Source of the DNA: Octopus vulgaris
Lineage: Eukaryota
DNA: 64,000 bases
Direction: 5' to 3'
Assembly: GCA_951406725.2 (NCBI GenBank)
Contig: OX597831.1
Coordinates: 42,346,001 to 42,410,000, forward strand
Shown: piece after piece, positions 62,091 through 64,000 of the stretch
Layout of the letters: the number at the start of each line of letters is the position of its first letter
Position numbering within the stretch: the first letter of the stretch is position 1
Made by a program: the position numbers and the translations under genes
Notes under the pieces: generated by a model
What the model was told of the DNA's origin: nothing
Seen by the model: the letters and a program-made list of their open reading frames with translations, nothing else
The model's database searches: none

Positions 62091-63932
62091 GTGTATTAAC
62101 GTTCTATACTCATGTAGTACTGCAATCATATGTTACTCTGCTTATGTGGGCTATTCTCATGTGGTTCTTCATTTACATGACAAACAACGAGAAACATTTT
62201 TAAGCCATTTCCTTTGTTAAACCAGTGATTAGCTTTACAAGCCTCCCTTTTGTTTGATCGTCTACATGCTCCTCACCAACCCTTAGCCCTCATTTCCCCC
62301 TACATCATCTGTAGCCAAACATTTTCATGCTTCTCCTTTCTCTACTTCCTTCCACATTAATTTACATCAGTCCACCCTTCTTTAGCACATGACTCAGCCA
62401 TTTCATCCTATTTCTCTTTGCAACATTCATCAATTCCTATCATCCTCTGCATTTCATTGTTTATCTTCTTTTTTTTTTTTTCAGCAGTCATCTGCTCACC
62501 CACCAAACTATTGTCATTCCCATTGTTTCCAGCTTTCTCTGCTGCTCACGCAGTATTATATTCTTGTAGAAATCATACTCTTTTGTTAGACATATAAAAT
62601 GGTTTATAAATAGAAATTTTGTGTTGTTCAATAATCAGCTCTTCTTGGATAACATCCACACTACACTGCCACACAGTTATGAGAAGTTTGTATATTTTTG
62701 TCTCAGAGTTAAGAGTTAAATTTGACTTCTACTAATGACTTTCTCATTATCAATTTTTACATATCTTCAAAACTAGGTTCTTAAAACAGTGGCTCTTATT
62801 TTAAAAGCTGATAGGTTTCACACCAGACCAACTTTGCTTTCTAAATCTGCTGGGCTAAGTCTGTCCATAATTTATTATTACTGTATTGTCCGATTGTTGG
62901 GTGTTGTTACACACTGCTTGTCACAATGTACTTCCTTGCATTGTTTTAGTGTTTGAATGATGCCACCCTGCTGGCTAGGCAGGAAGGTCAACATTCTCCC
63001 ACTACGAAATTGCATTGCAGTCCATTGCAAGGTCACCAATATATAACCACATGTTTTGCTCAAGAACACAACATATACCTTCTATGGGAATTGAAACCAT
63101 GATCTTGTGATCATGAGTACAATACCCTAACCACTAGGCTACATGTTTTCACATAATATATTATAATTTATTCAATTCTCTGTATATTTTTTCTCCATCA
63201 TGAAATTTGCCTTGAGTAATAAGCAACTACATCAAAGCTTTTGCAATGGCCTGATGGATGGTAATTTTCTTCAGACCTGAAAGGGTTCTTTGTTTCTTTC
63301 TTGAAACTAGAAACCCTGTTTCTAAGATAAGAACTGATACAGGTTGAACACTAGTTCATCATTTTCAGGCATGAAACTCCACACCACCATCTAATTTTCT
63401 CGTTATACCATGTCTTCGCTTGGCTGAAGACCACATTGCTCACTTCAAAATACAGCAATATATTGTGAGCTTTGATACAGTTGCTATATCGTCATCGTCA
63501 TCATCATCATCATCATGATCATTTAATGTCTGCTTTCCATGCTGGCATGAGGAGGACAGCTTGACTGGAGCTGGAAAGGCTAGGGGCTGCACCAGGCTCT
63601 ATTGTCTATTCTGGCATTGTGTCTGTGGTTGGATGCCTAGTGCCAATCCCTCCACAGAGTGTACTGGGTGCTTTTTATGTGGCACCAGCACTGGTGTCAA
63701 TTCTGCTGTGAGAAATTTCCGTCACATTCTACTTCTCAGTATCTTGAAAATGGGTGTAATATATTGGGATCAAGGTGTTGATAGTAAGTGATTGATGGTG
63801 GTGCCTTCAAAGAGAAACTGATGTGGAATAAATATAGAAGGACAATTTTATTAGTCTTTTGAGACACTCCTATTTTGAGGCACTCCTATTCCTCATTCTA
63901 TCTCCACTGCTTAACCTGTTGGCTTTGGTTAA

Positions 63933-64000
63933 CCATTTGACATTCAAATTACTTTGTCAAATGTAATGGTTATTTATTCACATTGTTTTGAATTAATCAT
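63933..64000. mobile_element. piggyBac-type MITE, cut by the window end
   Basis: TTAA-ccatttgacattcaaattactttgtcaaatgtaatgg matches the family 5' end. Confidence 0.75.

Overview
AT-rich eukaryotic genomic DNA, very dense in microsatellites and SINEs. The repeat content suggests an Octopus/coleoid cephalopod genome (inference). The window covers part of a + strand intersectin (ITSN/Dap160-like) gene. Eight exons join in frame by splice phase and encode linker, SH3C, SH3D and SH3E. I also found one probable extra linker exon and candidate short-isoform terminal exons; I could not identify any DH/PH/C2 exon. The introns hold tRNA-derived SINE families, piggyBac- and mariner-type MITEs, fossil mariner/Tc1 transposases, Helitron/Helentron-like elements, RTE- and RLE-type LINE fragments, and an isolated histone H2B N-terminal fragment. 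The most interesting signal is a set of short fold-back elements, mostly beside (TA)n tracts and from several sequence families. Several carry minimal type I hammerhead ribozyme motifs with palindromic stem III, the architecture known from Penelope-like elements and retrozymes. One copy (53367-53412, minus strand) has an intact core at the tip of a ~50-bp stem whose mismatches are mostly G·U-compatible only on the ribozyme strand. Nearly all ORFs in the supplied track are spurious microsatellite or SINE translations. All alignments and folds were done by eye.
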